Counted from the first letter of the whole stretch, positions 39,970 to 52,743 are shown. The stretch is 60,365 nucleotides of DNA, filler included, from Sphacelaria rigidula (GCA_964200075.2; 9 parts of 9 records of this genome joined end to end with filler, not necessarily neighbours in it); one strand, 5' to 3'. Notes: generated by a model not told the origin, from the letters alone. Numbers and translations are program-made.

Positions 39970-40311
39970 TCAAGAAGAGCCCTCAGTGGGGCTGACAGCC
40001 ACCTAACTGCCTCCAGCGTGCGAAAAACGCGTTTTCGTCAAAATCGCCGCGATTTGAGGTCTGCCAACGCCTTGGGCCGGGGTTAGGGTTAAGGTCAGAG
40101 TTAGGGTTAGTTCAAAATTATTTGTTTCCGAGAAAATTCTTCATCGAACAAGTGGTGAACACACCTCCCTACTCTCGCCGTCAACGGGTTGATCAGGCCC
40201 TGTCTTTCGAGNNNNNNNNNNNNNNNNNNNNNNNNNNNNNNNNNNNNNNNNNNNNTTAATTAATTAANNNNNNNNNNNNNNNNNNNNNNNNNNNNNNNNN
40301 NNNNNNNNNNN

Positions 40312-40376
40312 AATCGAACCCCCCAACTCAACCATCAGAAGGTTACGAGGTTACCAACTGAGCCACCGGGGCGACC
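40312..40376 (-). mobile_element. tRNA-derived SINE head (family S2), truncated
   Basis: ggtcgccccggtggctcagttgg...gggttcgatt (A and B boxes); homologous to 43039. Confidence 0.7.
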
Positions 40377-41200
40377 AGTAACTTTGCGAAAAAATGAAAA
40401 AAAGATATTGTGGTGCCGTTGTTCTGGGTCCCACAATGGAGACTATATCGAAAAACGACTTCGATCCCGTCGGACCCCCGAAAAACGGTGAAAAACTCAA
40501 AAAGAACAAAAAACATCGTCCGGAGAAAGTTGCATAATTATACCCAGTATACTTATGCGAAGTTTCAGGATCTAATTCCTAATGACAGCGTGAAACTGTG
40601 CGCGTTTGTGGAGGACGTGGACTTAAAACGTGCGTGATATATTGCTGTCAAGAAAACAATTTTTCCATTTTGAGCATCAATACCTACGGAACTGCCGAGT
40701 TTGAAGTCGATCTGAGCTTTTCTACAACAAATATGGAGACCACCGTCACTAGGCTCCCTGGGCCTTTCGTGCATATCATTAGGAAATTAGACGACGCCCA
40801 CACCCGATATCACCGAAACATCACGGTTTCGGGTATAATTCGACCCCCGTACGTAGTAACCGCTTTGAAAATACGATATTCTCGTTAGATTCCCGTGTCG
40901 ATGACGGTTACTACTTTTTGAAGCATGTAAAGATTGGGTGAAAATTGGGCTTGGTATTCGTAATTTCAATCTCGGGATAGTTTGAAGGGCGCTGATTGGC
41001 TGAGACACATTTTCGTCCGTAGCGCCACCGCCACGGCCTTGAACAAAAATCCGGCTATGCCACCCTCTTCGTCTTTTCATTACGGTCAGTATGATACCAT
41101 ATCTGCGAGTATTGGGTGCGTATTGCGGAAGGCATTTGCTGATGACACAATTTTGGGTGATCACCGTGAACCAGCCTGTAAAGGCTGCATGAAAGCTTGC

Positions 41201-41466
41201 AGGCGGATGCGCCGGCCAATACTTGGAGTTGGACCCTGAAATTTGGTATGGATAATGTATAGGGCATAATAAAAAATCGGGTAGAAGCACCAGAAGTTTT
41301 TTTCGTGAGCTGACGGTGTTTTGCTCAAACCTGACAACTGATCATTGCCCGCGACTCACGAAAAAAAAAACTTCTGGTGCTCCTTCCCGATTTTTTATTA
41401 TCCTCTATGCATTGTCCATACCAAATTTCAGGGTCCAACTCTAAATATTGGCCGGCGCATTCGCCT
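41201..41466. repeat. Long inverted repeat (~105-bp arms, ~46-bp loop)
   Basis: 41201-41308 pairs with 41355-41466. Confidence 0.85.
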
Positions 41467-42620
41467 TTCAAGAATCGGATCGGTAGAAATTCGGAACAAT
41501 ATTTCGCAGGCCACTCACGGGCCCACGTTTGGTTTGTGTATTGAAATTTTGTGTGGGCCCTCGCCAGCGCATAATTAGCAAAATTCAGTGGGTTAGCTTT
41601 TTTTCAATTCCTTCTTTCACTGGTTGAGGGCGTTTCAGTATATTAAAGATCATTTATTTCTTCACGAGAACGCCCTAACCTCCATGATGAAAATAAAGAA
41701 AATGAAGGCCCATTTCTTTTATTTTTCGGCGCACTTTTGTGGTTCTCCATGCTAACTTTCAAATCACATATTATCTTAAAAATGAACTAAAACATTGAGA
41801 TGAGGCGTAAGAGCAACGTTCATCTCTCCTCAGAACTCTACTAAAAACACGAAAAAAAATGAAACAACATAAAAGACGGTAGCAGGCAGTTTACTTTCAT
41901 TTTTTTATTATGCACTAGCGGCCCACCACACGAAATTTTATGGAACAACTCTCGAAAACTGAGACGCAATATTCAGATTTAGGGCATCTAGTGCCTCCGC
42001 TCGTAATATTTTGGTTTTAGTATCGAAAATGATGTGTGCCATATCTCGGGATAGATGACGCATTACGTGAAGGTGAGGGCATCTATCGTCTCCTCTTGCT
42101 TCAGAGAATGTCCACACCAAAATTCGTCCTCATCCGCGGAACGCATCGATCGGGGGTTTCAGAGATTTTAGTATGGACGCCATCTCCGTCATGTAAAGGA
42201 ATTACCAGACACATGGGGTTTAATCAACGAGAAAATATGGACCCAAACTATTGAGCAGATGGACACCTTCCCCCTTGGTTAGACTATTAATACGATAATA
42301 TGCGGATATCACGGCCCAACTCGTCTGTGTCGATGAGATATTGCTTTGAGAGCTTAAATCCGTTTTTAGGCTGGCCCAGCTCCCATCAGGTGCGAGCAAA
42401 TTCGATTCCACCGTACATTTTCGAGTCGAAGACAATGTGATAAGACACGCCCTCAGATGACGATCTACCTACCCACCCCATGGACCGCGAGGATTACAGT
42501 TCATCTGGATCATGCATGCGGACCGGGCCAGTCTAGATGAGGCGACCTTGAGTTTTGGTCGTATATCTATGGTTGATTTTTCGAACAAACTAACCATGAC
42601 GCTAAAATCCCAACCCTAAC

Positions 42621-42897
42621 ACCACCTTGTATGGTAACCAATCCGTATTTGTACAAATACGAGGATATCAGCCCCAAAAGGGGGAGATGCGGGAGTCTCC
42701 TAATCTGAGCAGAAAGGTGATGAAGCAAAAGTCAGTGCCCAGAAAATCGGAGAATTGATTTGCTGTTTTCCTCAGAGCTGGGCGAAGAACATTGCCTAAC
42801 GGACTGGGGTCCGAAAACTCGATCCACGGGAGAAAATCGGATTTATACGGGCTGATATCCTCATTTTTGTACAAGTACGGTTGCCATACAAGGTGGT
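42621..42897. mobile_element. MITE-like element with ~50-bp imperfect TIRs
   Basis: accaccttgtatgg...ccatacaaggtggt, flanked by aac on both sides. Confidence 0.6.
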
Positions 42898-43038
42898 AAC
42901 CCCGACCCCAGGCGTACGAGATCCTCGGGCAAGGGGGGTAAATAGGTTCCCCCAGGCAAAGTATTCCAACAAACTGATTGATCGCCTCTCCTCCACTTCG
43001 TAAACACGGAGGAACTCTCCCCACGTATCCATAGAGCC

Positions 43039-43373
43039 GGTCGCCCCGGCGGCTTAATTGGAAACCTCGAAACCTTCTGACGGTTGGGTCGTGGGTTCAC
43101 AAAATCAAAGAAATCACGGAAAAGTGATCGGGGTATTTTTCTCATATCATGCCCAGTGGTGGAGAGCGAATACGTCGTGGGTACACAAAATTCGACATAA
43201 CGGTCGACGAGGGGAAGGGACTATTGAAACCCCTTTCGCGGTGAAGAAGAAAGGCAAGCACCGCAGAAGGAAGGTGGGGTACTAAAAACAAGTAAAATAA
43301 AAAAACTCTTGTGTTGACCCTCCTCCTATTTGACCCCGGCTGGTGCGCCCACATATACCGGAAGGTGTAGACT
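43039..43373 (+). mobile_element. tRNA-derived SINE (family S2), near full length
   Basis: tRNA-like head followed by the body shared with 13100-13338 and 59145-59225. Confidence 0.7.
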
Positions 43374-43983
43374 ATTAATAGAGGTGGGCACCTGTAAAGA
43401 AAAAACCGGTCATCACCGGTTTTTGGAGACCCCAATAGGCGGTAACCGGTTACGGTTGTGAAGAAATATTAACCGGAGTTTATTTCGCCGATTGAACTGG
43501 TTCACCGGAAAAACGGTTTAACCGGCAAAAAAAGGAGTAGCCGTGAACTTACGTTTTACTCTGAAGATCTGCTATAGTTTCCTCACGGGAGATACGATGA
43601 TCATGTCGGTACTTCTTCCAGACAAAAGTTGACGCGATGTCCTGTCGCCTGTCGCTCTTGTACGATCATTGCGTCATCGTTCATTCTGTAGGGCGAAATT
43701 GCCCAGGGAGAAGGTGCGTTTGCGTGGTTAGGCGTGGTTTGCAGCGTGTAGTGTGGGTTTTCCGTTGTCTACTGTTTTGTTGTTTCGACACAGGGAGCGG
43801 TACGCTTTTCCCATGCAAAGTTGAGGAATGGCATGACCCCTGCTCCTCCGTCTTATTGTTGGGCATTGGGTTGCAGGGCAGGCGGGGTGTGGGGTGCATA
43901 CATAGTCATCGGCGCCTGAACTGTTCGGAGCTGTTTTGGGGGTATTCTCGCGCACTACTCTTCGAAAGAGCTTCAAAGTGCTA

Positions 43984-44530
43984 CAGTAGTGGGCGGTCTA
44001 ACTACTCATGTTGTGGCATTTTGTGATTTTTGCGTGATTGACGATTTTTTTGCTCTTTTCGCTCGCCACCCCTCATCACATCGGGGATCTGAAGTTATTC
44101 GTATCCCTTCCACATTTCAAGAAGAAAAAATCAGTTGCACTCAATATTGAGTGACTTAGGGGCTGACCGGTCATCGGGGGTCCTCCCATGTTTCAGCCCA
44201 GATTCGCATTATTCTGTATTTTCGGTCGATCGAGCCCGTCCCGATCATATATCCGAAGAAATGTACAATTTTATTTTTCCAAAATTCTGCCTACTCAGCG
44301 CACTGGGGCCGAAAAACTGTGTTTTACGGTCAGTTACACCCTCCTGGGAAACGGGGTATTTACTCGTTTCTCGATAACACCAACCAAGACTGACTTGGGC
44401 ACTGTCTTTCAAAGATGATCTGTTTAGTTGTACCAAAATCTACCGACGCTAGCAATTTCGAGTTCTATCGCGGAGTAGCACGCGAGGAAAACCACAAAAC
44501 ACCCCTAAATAGTTGTACCGCCCACTACTG
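43984..44530. mobile_element. Tc1/mariner(pogo)-type MITE (547 bp)
   Basis: TA TSD; TIR cagtagtgggcggt / accgcccactactg. Confidence 0.85.
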
Positions 44531-45360
44531 TAAGCGTCGGTAGATTTTGGTAACGTGAGCAGATAATCTAAAAAACAGTGCCCGAGGTAGTGTTACTCGG
44601 TATTATCGGGCGATACGAGCATGTACCCCATTTATAAGGATGGTATTATTGACCGTGAAACACACTTATACGGCTCTGGTCCAATGAGTAGGTATGACAT
44701 CAAAAAAATAAAACTGTACATTTCTTCACAACAACAATCGGGACAGGCTCGATCGACCGAAAATTCCGAAGAGACAGAATTTGTGTTGAAAAATTGCAGG
44801 ACCCCCGATGACCGGTCAGCCCGTAAGTTACTCAATGTTGAGTACAGGGCATTTTTGTTTTATTGAATATGGAGCGGATACAAATATGCCCAGATCCCCA
44901 ACGTGATAAGCGGTGACAAGCGAAAGAGCCTAAGAAAATCGCCAGAGACAAGGCTGACCGTACGGTAGTCCAATCGGTTGCCTATAAATCGTCACAAAAG
45001 TTAGTGCAATAATTCACACTCTACAGTGTACATGATCGGAAGATGACCACTGTTGGCGCACAAGAAGGTGCTCACTGATTGAGCGATCAGTTGGACAATG
45101 TGTTTGATGGTACGCACGTACCTGCCATAGTGCATACCCCTGTACCGCTGTAATGCACCGCAGTGCCCAGAGTGGTCGGCTGCAGAGCTTCAAGCTTGAT
45201 CAGCTGCAGTGGCTGCAAGACAGTGTATCACAACCGTGTTGTTGTCCGTGAAATAATAGCTGATCATGGAAATTGAGGATGGAGGTTTTCACACGTCTGA
45301 AGAGCACAAGTATGACTCGTGACACTCGCACTCGTTGGGCTGCTCGTTGGCCGTAAAAAT

Positions 45361-45555
45361 TACTAGGGCGATTACTCGAGTAATTTCTCATTGTGACAAA
45401 AATTAAGCGGGCGAGCACTCGAGTCATTTCTTGTTGTGACAAAAATTAAGCGGGCGAGCACTCGATTCATAGCTCAGTGTTGAGAAATAATTAGGGCGAG
45501 CACTCGAGTCGTTGCTCGTCTTGGAAAAAAATAACAAGGCGAGTACTCGAGTCAT
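45361..45555. repeat. ~43-bp degenerate tandem units with ggcgagcactcgagtc core
   Basis: 5 units; inter-core segments homologous to each other. Confidence 0.75.
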
Positions 45556-46682
45556 CGCGCGTGATGGATTGCTTGAGTGAAGGAGTCAGCAACCCGAGGA
45601 GCGAGCATTAATAGTAAGCTGTCGTACGATCTTGGAGCTAGCATCTTCAAGTTCAAATGCATATCTGCACATGTACAAGCGTCAAGCTCCAAAGCTCGCT
45701 TACTTCTGCGAAAAAATCCAGAATTCTGCTTTTTCTGCGGCCGCAAATGGAGTCAATGACTAGGTTTGATCTCTTCAAAACTGCTTCTCGGTAGGACTCG
45801 GGACTGGTCGTTATATGGCAAATCTCCCGTCAAAAGGGGATTGTGAAGAAGGAAAGGGCCCTGAAGCCTAGATTTTTCTCCTTTTCAAACTCCCCTTTTT
45901 ACTGAGGATTGGCCCCATAACGACCAGCCCTGAGTTCCTCGTACCGAGAAGCAGTTTTGTACAGATCAATCCCCAGATCTACACGCAGGTTCAAAAATGC
46001 AGCGGGTCTAAAAGTGGTCGTTAGCCCAAGGCGTGTGTAATGCTACAGACAAGACGCAACAGGGCTACACAACACCTACACACCCAGCCCCTAAAAAGCA
46101 CGCAGACACCCACGATTCACCCGAATTAGCTTCACCGCTAGCCCTTGCTAATCTACACACGGCAATCTTTTTTTGTCAGAAATACGTTCTGTATTGGACG
46201 AACGGCGGTATCGCCACTTCCAGAGACAGCCACGGTATTTTTACACTGCCTCATGGGGAGGGTGGTATCGCAGTGATCAATCAGGGGCCGTTTTCAAAAG
46301 GAGGATTTCAAGAAAAGGGAAAATCCCCTCCGTTGAGAACGGCCTTGGTCTACGGTTGAATTACCATGACCAAAATGAGAAATACTGGTAGACAGCTGAG
46401 TAGTCCACCTGTAGTCCATCGGTAGGGAAACGACGTGGTAATTTTGACGGCCGTGATTGGTCAGAGTGTTCATTTTGCGCCTCTCGGGCCTCGTTCCTGG
46501 CTTGGAATCTTCCGCGGGAAACTTCGGGAAGCACATGTTTACTCAGTGAGACCTGACTGCTCTCCGGCAACCCCCCCACCCCCCTAAAACCATCCCTTCC
46601 CCCGGCCACCGGAAACCCCCTAATGTCTCCGTACTACGATAGGATGGGAAGAATATGTCTAAACTAGAAAGGAGGCAAAAAA

Positions 46683-46929
46683 ATGGTGGAGAAGAACAAA
46701 AGAGGAATATGGGAAGATTTAGTGAATGAAACTAGTGGTGATTTCGATGGCGGAATGGAGCAGATGTGGGTCGGGAAGAATGGAAGAACGGGCAAACGGG
46801 CAGGAGGGACGGACGAGGACGTAGCCACCCTGAAAGCACATGGCGGTAAAATGGCAATTACTTCAAGGGGGGGGGCGTACTCATTTGTTGCTTGCCTTAG
46901 TCGTTTGACCATTGACCACGCATCCCTTT
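46683..46929. mobile_element. LINE-like internal fragment (+) followed at a G run by a LINE 3' end (-)
   Basis: KNKRGIWEDLVNE...MWVG... resembles LINE ORF2 linker; g-run + cgtactcatttgttgcttgccttagtcg tail. Confidence 0.5.
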
Positions 46930-49900
46930 NNNNNNNNNNNNNNNNNNNNNNNNNNNNNNNNNNNNNNNNNNNNTTAATTAATTAANNNNNNNNNNNNNNN
47001 NNNNNNNNNNNNNNNNNNNNNNNNNNNNNCCTTGTCCCCTGATTATCATCCAGGATCCACTATATACTCAACCGTGACGGCGTGATTTCGCCGCAGGCTG
47101 CAGCAGGTGGGGAGGAAACGTCATGTGATGGGACACACTCCACCACGGGCATGGGATGTGGGAGGTCCCGACGCCGAAAGGTCGAGCGACCAGTTTCGGT
47201 CAGCTCCGCGGATTGGGCTTTGTTCTTGAAGAATCCACGGCACGTGTGGGGAACATGTCGCACGGAAGCACCGTCACCACTCAGCTGCTACACTGTGCAG
47301 GCAGTGGGCGCAGTTTACCTTGCGTGCGGAGAAGGGGTACAGAAGATTCGTCGCGGAGCACATGTTCCAGAAGTGATTTATACACTGAATGGCGTAGTGC
47401 CGCGGGATTTTAAGGATGTGGTCAAGGTGTTTCCAGTCCCCGTGGGGATCCGCGCGGTGATGGGATTCGGTATTGTGGGTGCAGCCAAATCAGTTACGTG
47501 ACAGTCATAGGCAGGAAATATGATAGTGACAACAGGCGTGTCCGCAGGTGGCTTCTTTTCAGTGTGTTCCAGATGGATGTGGGGCTGTGATTTGTGGCAC
47601 CGTATAATGCGCTATCCATGTTTCAACAGTGTGGCGATTGGATCTGGACGGAAGACCAAAGTCATTATTCAGTGTATGTGTGTTGGGGTGCCTGCTTTTG
47701 CTATGAAGAGGAGGGTACATGATTCCAGCGGAGCGCGGGGAGAAGGGAAGGGAAAGAGGGCAGGAGTAGACTGATGTCGCGATAACTTCCTTCAAAAACG
47801 TGGCTGTTATGAGGAGGCAGAATCTACGTGTAAATCAGAATGAAAAAAAACGGGCACACCGAGCAGCTGGGAACTACCCACGCTTGGGATCGGTTTCGCC
47901 AATGTCGTCCATATAAGGTGCCTCATGCAGTCTGAACCAGCTCCTGTATCATGCGCTGTGTGGCCATCTTCTTCGTGACAGTTTTGGCACTGTTTTTGTT
48001 TGGGGGGGGGGGGTTATCGGGGCATCATTCAGTAGGGGCTGGCAAGGGGGTGATTGAACACAGCGCAAAATAAAGTTGGTGAGGGGAGATCCCGACGCGA
48101 GTGTGGATCCTCTGGGATACGTATGGCTGGACGCAACTCAGCTCGACCGATGAATAGCGAGCGAGAGGATGCGGCGTTGGAGATAGTCGCGCTATCCTTG
48201 TTGTTTGGGTATTTTTCGTGGCAAATGCTATCGTATTGTGTTGTGTTTTGGCTGTCATGTTGGTGCAAAAGTTGGAGGAGGATAACTTTGAGGGCATTTC
48301 TTTTTCGTATAGACAGTCTGTTGTGCGCCGTAGATGAGGAGGTTTCAGGGCGGAATGGTCACGCAGACCTACCCTCAGGTCTTTTTCCGAACAGTTTCAG
48401 GCAGTATCTCTGATGGATTGCATGCACCACAGGTCGACGCAAGTAATCAACCAGTCAACTCCGTCAAGGACCAAGCGACTGCTGAGAGGAAACCCATGAT
48501 TAATAAAAGGACCCGATACGTTCTCTTATCAAATGTTTTGCGGTATCGCACCCATATCATCCACCCCAGCCCGACCCGCGCAAACTAAATAATGTGTAAC
48601 TAAGCATATATCAATAGCGCAGGCAGATGCAGGTGCATGCACGTGATTCTCACCATCCCGTTTTTTTCAAACAGCGCACGAAAAGGTGTAACGTTGTTGT
48701 CATACCTCCTTCGCGCCATAAGCGAAAACCGTGATGTTTACGGGGGTCTTCAACCGTGTCCGATACCTCATGCGATAGTTTTATTGAACGCTTTATTATT
48801 TGCAATATATACACTTTTTTGTTCACGCAGTAAACTGCACGAACGACCGGCCGAAAATATAGTTGTCTCGGGAATAGCGGTATTTTGCCCCTACTTCGGT
48901 GGGGGAGGCGGAGGAGGGGGATGTACTCATGATCTTGCATGCCGTAGTCATTATGACCATTGACCTCGCATCCCTACAAAGCCCGGACGGAGCACGCCGA
49001 GTTTTCGCCGAATCAGACTCGCGATCAATCACCAAGCACGAAGCGCCGTGATGTGGTCGGCGAGTCGCATGAAGGGTGAGCTGTATCCTGCTAAGATTGT
49101 TCGGCCCGAAGCGTACTGATTATCTTGCGTTTGGATGGCAGCCTCCAAAGAGTTGTTTCATTTTCTGGTATCGAAATTTCTAGAGATAGCAACGGCTTAC
49201 ACGCTGCCGCTCGGGTTGGTTTTGAATGATTTGATTGATTGTCGAACGTTAACTGACCCCCAGGGATCGTTCTCTCACAATTTCAACACTACATACCGTG
49301 ATCATCCCCTTTGCGCGGAGTTCGAGTTCTCCACCCCGCACAACATGATCTAGCTCGACCACCGTCGTGGTTACCGCAAAAAAAACGCAAGCGGAAAAAT
49401 AGCTTACGCAGTGACAGTTATGCGCCAGAAAAACAACAGCATTTGTTTCGGAATATAATCTAGGCTCTTTTCATTCCCTTGCGCTCTGTTGCAACCCCAA
49501 ACCCCACATCCAGACACATGGCCTTGTTGATTGTGGTTTACATGGCATGTGGCCGAAGTTTTAGCGCCTTGCAGCGAGGATAGTGCGCGTACGACCGTGC
49601 CTCCCGCGCTGAGCATCTTCACAGGCGATACCAGAGCGACTTTTCTACATTGCCATTATCCAGAGGGTGTCCCCGTACTGATAATGTTTGTTCGTCAGCA
49701 TTGTACCCTCCCAGGTGCTCATGATGTGGAAGTGAGCACACCATGTCAACAGGTGCATTCACTCACAGCGCACAGAATCTGGGCTGCGAGATGGCCGTTT
49801 TGACGGTGTATCGACGGTATTGCCCAATATCGGTTGTTCAATTCGCTGGATGGCCGAAAGGAGCTGTTCTCCCGGTGCACATACTTCTTGTGTTGTGCCC

Positions 49901-50165
49901 GACTAGTGCACCAAGTTTCAAGGGTGTGAGTTCAGTCACCGTCGAGAAATTAACAAGCAAAAGTTTAAGATTCAAAGTGCAATGATTCTTGTACGCGCGT
50001 CAAGTGCAGGCATTCATATTGCGCGGGAACTCTGATATATTCTTGTTTTTTTCTGATTTGGCGCAGGACTGGTGAGGGTCATGTTTTACAGCGTCGTTGC
50101 CAACCGATGCCAAAGTGGCGTTTTTATTGAGCAAACAGCGTTTTTCGCCGTATCCTCTGTCTCAC

Positions 50166-50414
50166 CTCAAGCTCCGTCGTATCGCACGGCGGGAAAACTA
50201 CCGCCGGAGATGAAAGCTTCCACATCGCCGCCACGTGTTTCTTGGTCCAAGAAGAATTGACCATGACAACTGATGCAAACGATCCCGCGATGCCGTAGAG
50301 CACCGCGAACGCTCGGTAGTAGAGGATCTTGGCATGCGATACGGCAATGCTGGACGATATCCACGAGCTGTTGTTATAGGACGGCCGCTGATCTCGCACG
50401 CGCGACAGCATATC
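50166..50414 (-). CDS. ALG11: ALG11 alpha-1,2-mannosyltransferase exon 2
   Basis: cag/gtgaga, 249 nt; DMLSRV...KILYYRAFAVLYG..GS..VVMVNSSWTKKHV...VFPPCD. Confidence 0.93.
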
Positions 50415-51210
50415 CTGTTTCATTTAATGCGAGGTGGCGGCGGGGACGTTAGAGATATGAAAAGAAGCTCACAAAAGTAGTTTCGGGAGTAGCTGCAAAA
50501 AGGGGACGTTCGTCGCTGGTAAATCACCGAGTAATGGATGATTTGACCTCAACATTGCACTCCCTTGTTGGTCATCTGCAGGGTGCACGGCCTGATCAAA
50601 TAAATAATACCACTCGCTCTGCATGATGCACAATACTGTCGGCTGTAGTCAGCTGCATTTCTAGCGTGCGATTCGATCCCCGTGTGGTGTCTTCACCGGA
50701 TACACGTGTGCTCATGTGTTGGGCCAGGCTTTCAAATTTACTCTCTCTTACGAAGACACTTCCACGCTACGACATGTCCCAACAGACGAGCCCGACTCCG
50801 CAGACATCGAAGAGGTCGTACTCTCATGGGACTCTGTCACGTTACCCTCCCGCCCAGTCCCCCCGCCCACTGATGATCGAATAAAATGGCAACGCGATGA
50901 TACTCAAACATCTGATCCGTGCACGATGGTGCTACAGAGACGGTAGAATACAAGTGTCAACAGTAAACAGTTGAAGTGGGGTATGGACACGTGGCGTCAG
51001 CATATCATTTGCAGGCAAACCATCGATTTGTTCCCAGGCGCTTTGTGCATCAAGCGGTCGATGGTTCCGTGACACATTTCCTAGCGATATGCCAGGCAAC
51101 TTTTGCGTCTGGACCAACGTTTCCTCGAGCACTTCATCATGGTGGGTACACATCTACCCCACCCCGCACTGCTTCCGCTCACAACGATCTGCAATTCATG
51201 ACACACTTAC

Positions 51211-51810
51211 TATGCTGATGGTAGGGTAGTGGACGTAAGCCCCCACCGTGCAGCCCGCCAGCCACGCGATAGGAAAAGAAAACGCCCAACCCGTGGTATC
51301 AACGAACACATCCGGGGTTGAACGAAATAGCGCCTCCATCGCCAGAAGCATGGATCCCGCGCTCTGTCCCAGCATCGTAAGCACTGGATACCGGGCGGGA
51401 TCAAGCAGGCCGCGCCCGCGGAGATAAACGAAGCTGACGGGTACTGCACCGTCTTCCCCAAGAGGGATCTGGAACTGCCTGGCTACACCTGCCACTATCT
51501 CCTCAGGATCCATCCCGAAATCTCCAGTGTAAATAAGGACGTGCAATGGTGGCACCTGCTGCTGCTTCTCGTGGCGATCTTCCCCAGCGCCTTCTTTATT
51601 GAGACACGATAGTGCGTGCACGGCGCGCCAGAGCACCCGCTCGCCGCCGCCGCCGCCGCTGCAAAATGGGTGAAAAAATCCAACCACGCAGGATCCCTCC
51701 GCAACTCCATGTTGTCGCCGCGTTCGCCAGCGGCTCGCCGCTAGCACGATTTTCAGTAGTAACCATGAACTAATCACCAAGAATATTACCAACGCTTTGA
51801 TGTCCCACAT
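51211..51810 (-). CDS. ALG11: ALG11 alpha-1,2-mannosyltransferase exon 1
   Basis: N-terminal TM then GFFHPFCSGGGGGERVLW...TMLGQSAGS...PDVFVDTTG...YVHYPTIS; gtaagt donor. Confidence 0.95.
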
Positions 51811-52743
51811 TTTATGGTTGTGATTGTCGCTCTGCGATCGTATTGAGGTTGCCCTTGTCTGACATCCCCTGCTATGATGACTCGAAATGAGGTCCTTTTT
51901 GTTCAACATTTTGGGCTCACTCGTCAGACCCGCGGTCGTGCGATACCCGGACAACAGAGAAAAAGTATCCGATATAATGAATAACAGTGGGGTAACATTG
52001 GATCCACACACGTTATATCTCTCGTGTTATCAGGCAAGGTATTTAGACAGAAGTTTCGAAGGTATTATAGCTTCCCCCAGGATAAAAACAGAGAAGGGTA
52101 TACATTTTTCAAAGTAATCACATCAGCCGCCGCGGTCGCAAAATCAAATAAACCAGATCATTCTCGTTCACCTTTGTCTTCCTCAAGTACCATCGCAGTC
52201 AGGGTTTTATCCCTCATATTTCTCGCTGCTGAAACATTTGAGCTTCATTTGACCGTGAGAGGGATAAGGAGGATGTGATTAACGGTTCGACAACGTGGTG
52301 CGAGAGTGCTGATCGAATTCGCAAGACTAAACTGCCAAGCGTGTACTGGGGGAGAGATGGGCTGATCCCTTGAGACCGCCGGAGGCAGGGGAGGGTTGAA
52401 GTTATGACAAAAAAAATGTTACTCCGCATCGTGTTTCTTTGTGTTGTTATTTTCTAGTCAGAATATCTTTCAGCTTTCGATCACGGGTCTGAACGTGCAG
52501 ACGATATCGTCTTACCGATCGTCTACGCTCACTTCGGCGCCGCTGTGCAACAGAGTACTGCCCGTCAGCTGTGCCTGATTCGGTTTGGCTGAAGCTGGTG
52601 AAAACCCGAGGATATCTGTAGACGATGCTTCGTAGCAACACCACTGAGCTGCAATAGCTGCCCACCAACTACGGAGACCCGCAACAGAACCTAACTTGAG
52701 CAGGTTCGAATTTCAAACACCCAGGGTACCTACCGCACAAACT

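Noticed and set aside
40075..40110. True telomere (here and at 53748)
   Set aside because: Short degenerate TTAGGG units embedded in interspersed repeats, not terminal arrays.
40312..40376. tRNA gene
   Set aside because: A/B boxes present but no closed acceptor or anticodon stems; matches a SINE head.
45361..45555. CRISPR-like repeat-spacer pattern
   Set aside because: Spacers are homologous to one another, repeats are degenerate, no cas genes, eukaryotic context.
49767..49863. Third ALG11 exon
   Set aside because: Has plausible splice signals but does not encode the expected GQFRPEK region; may be cryptic.
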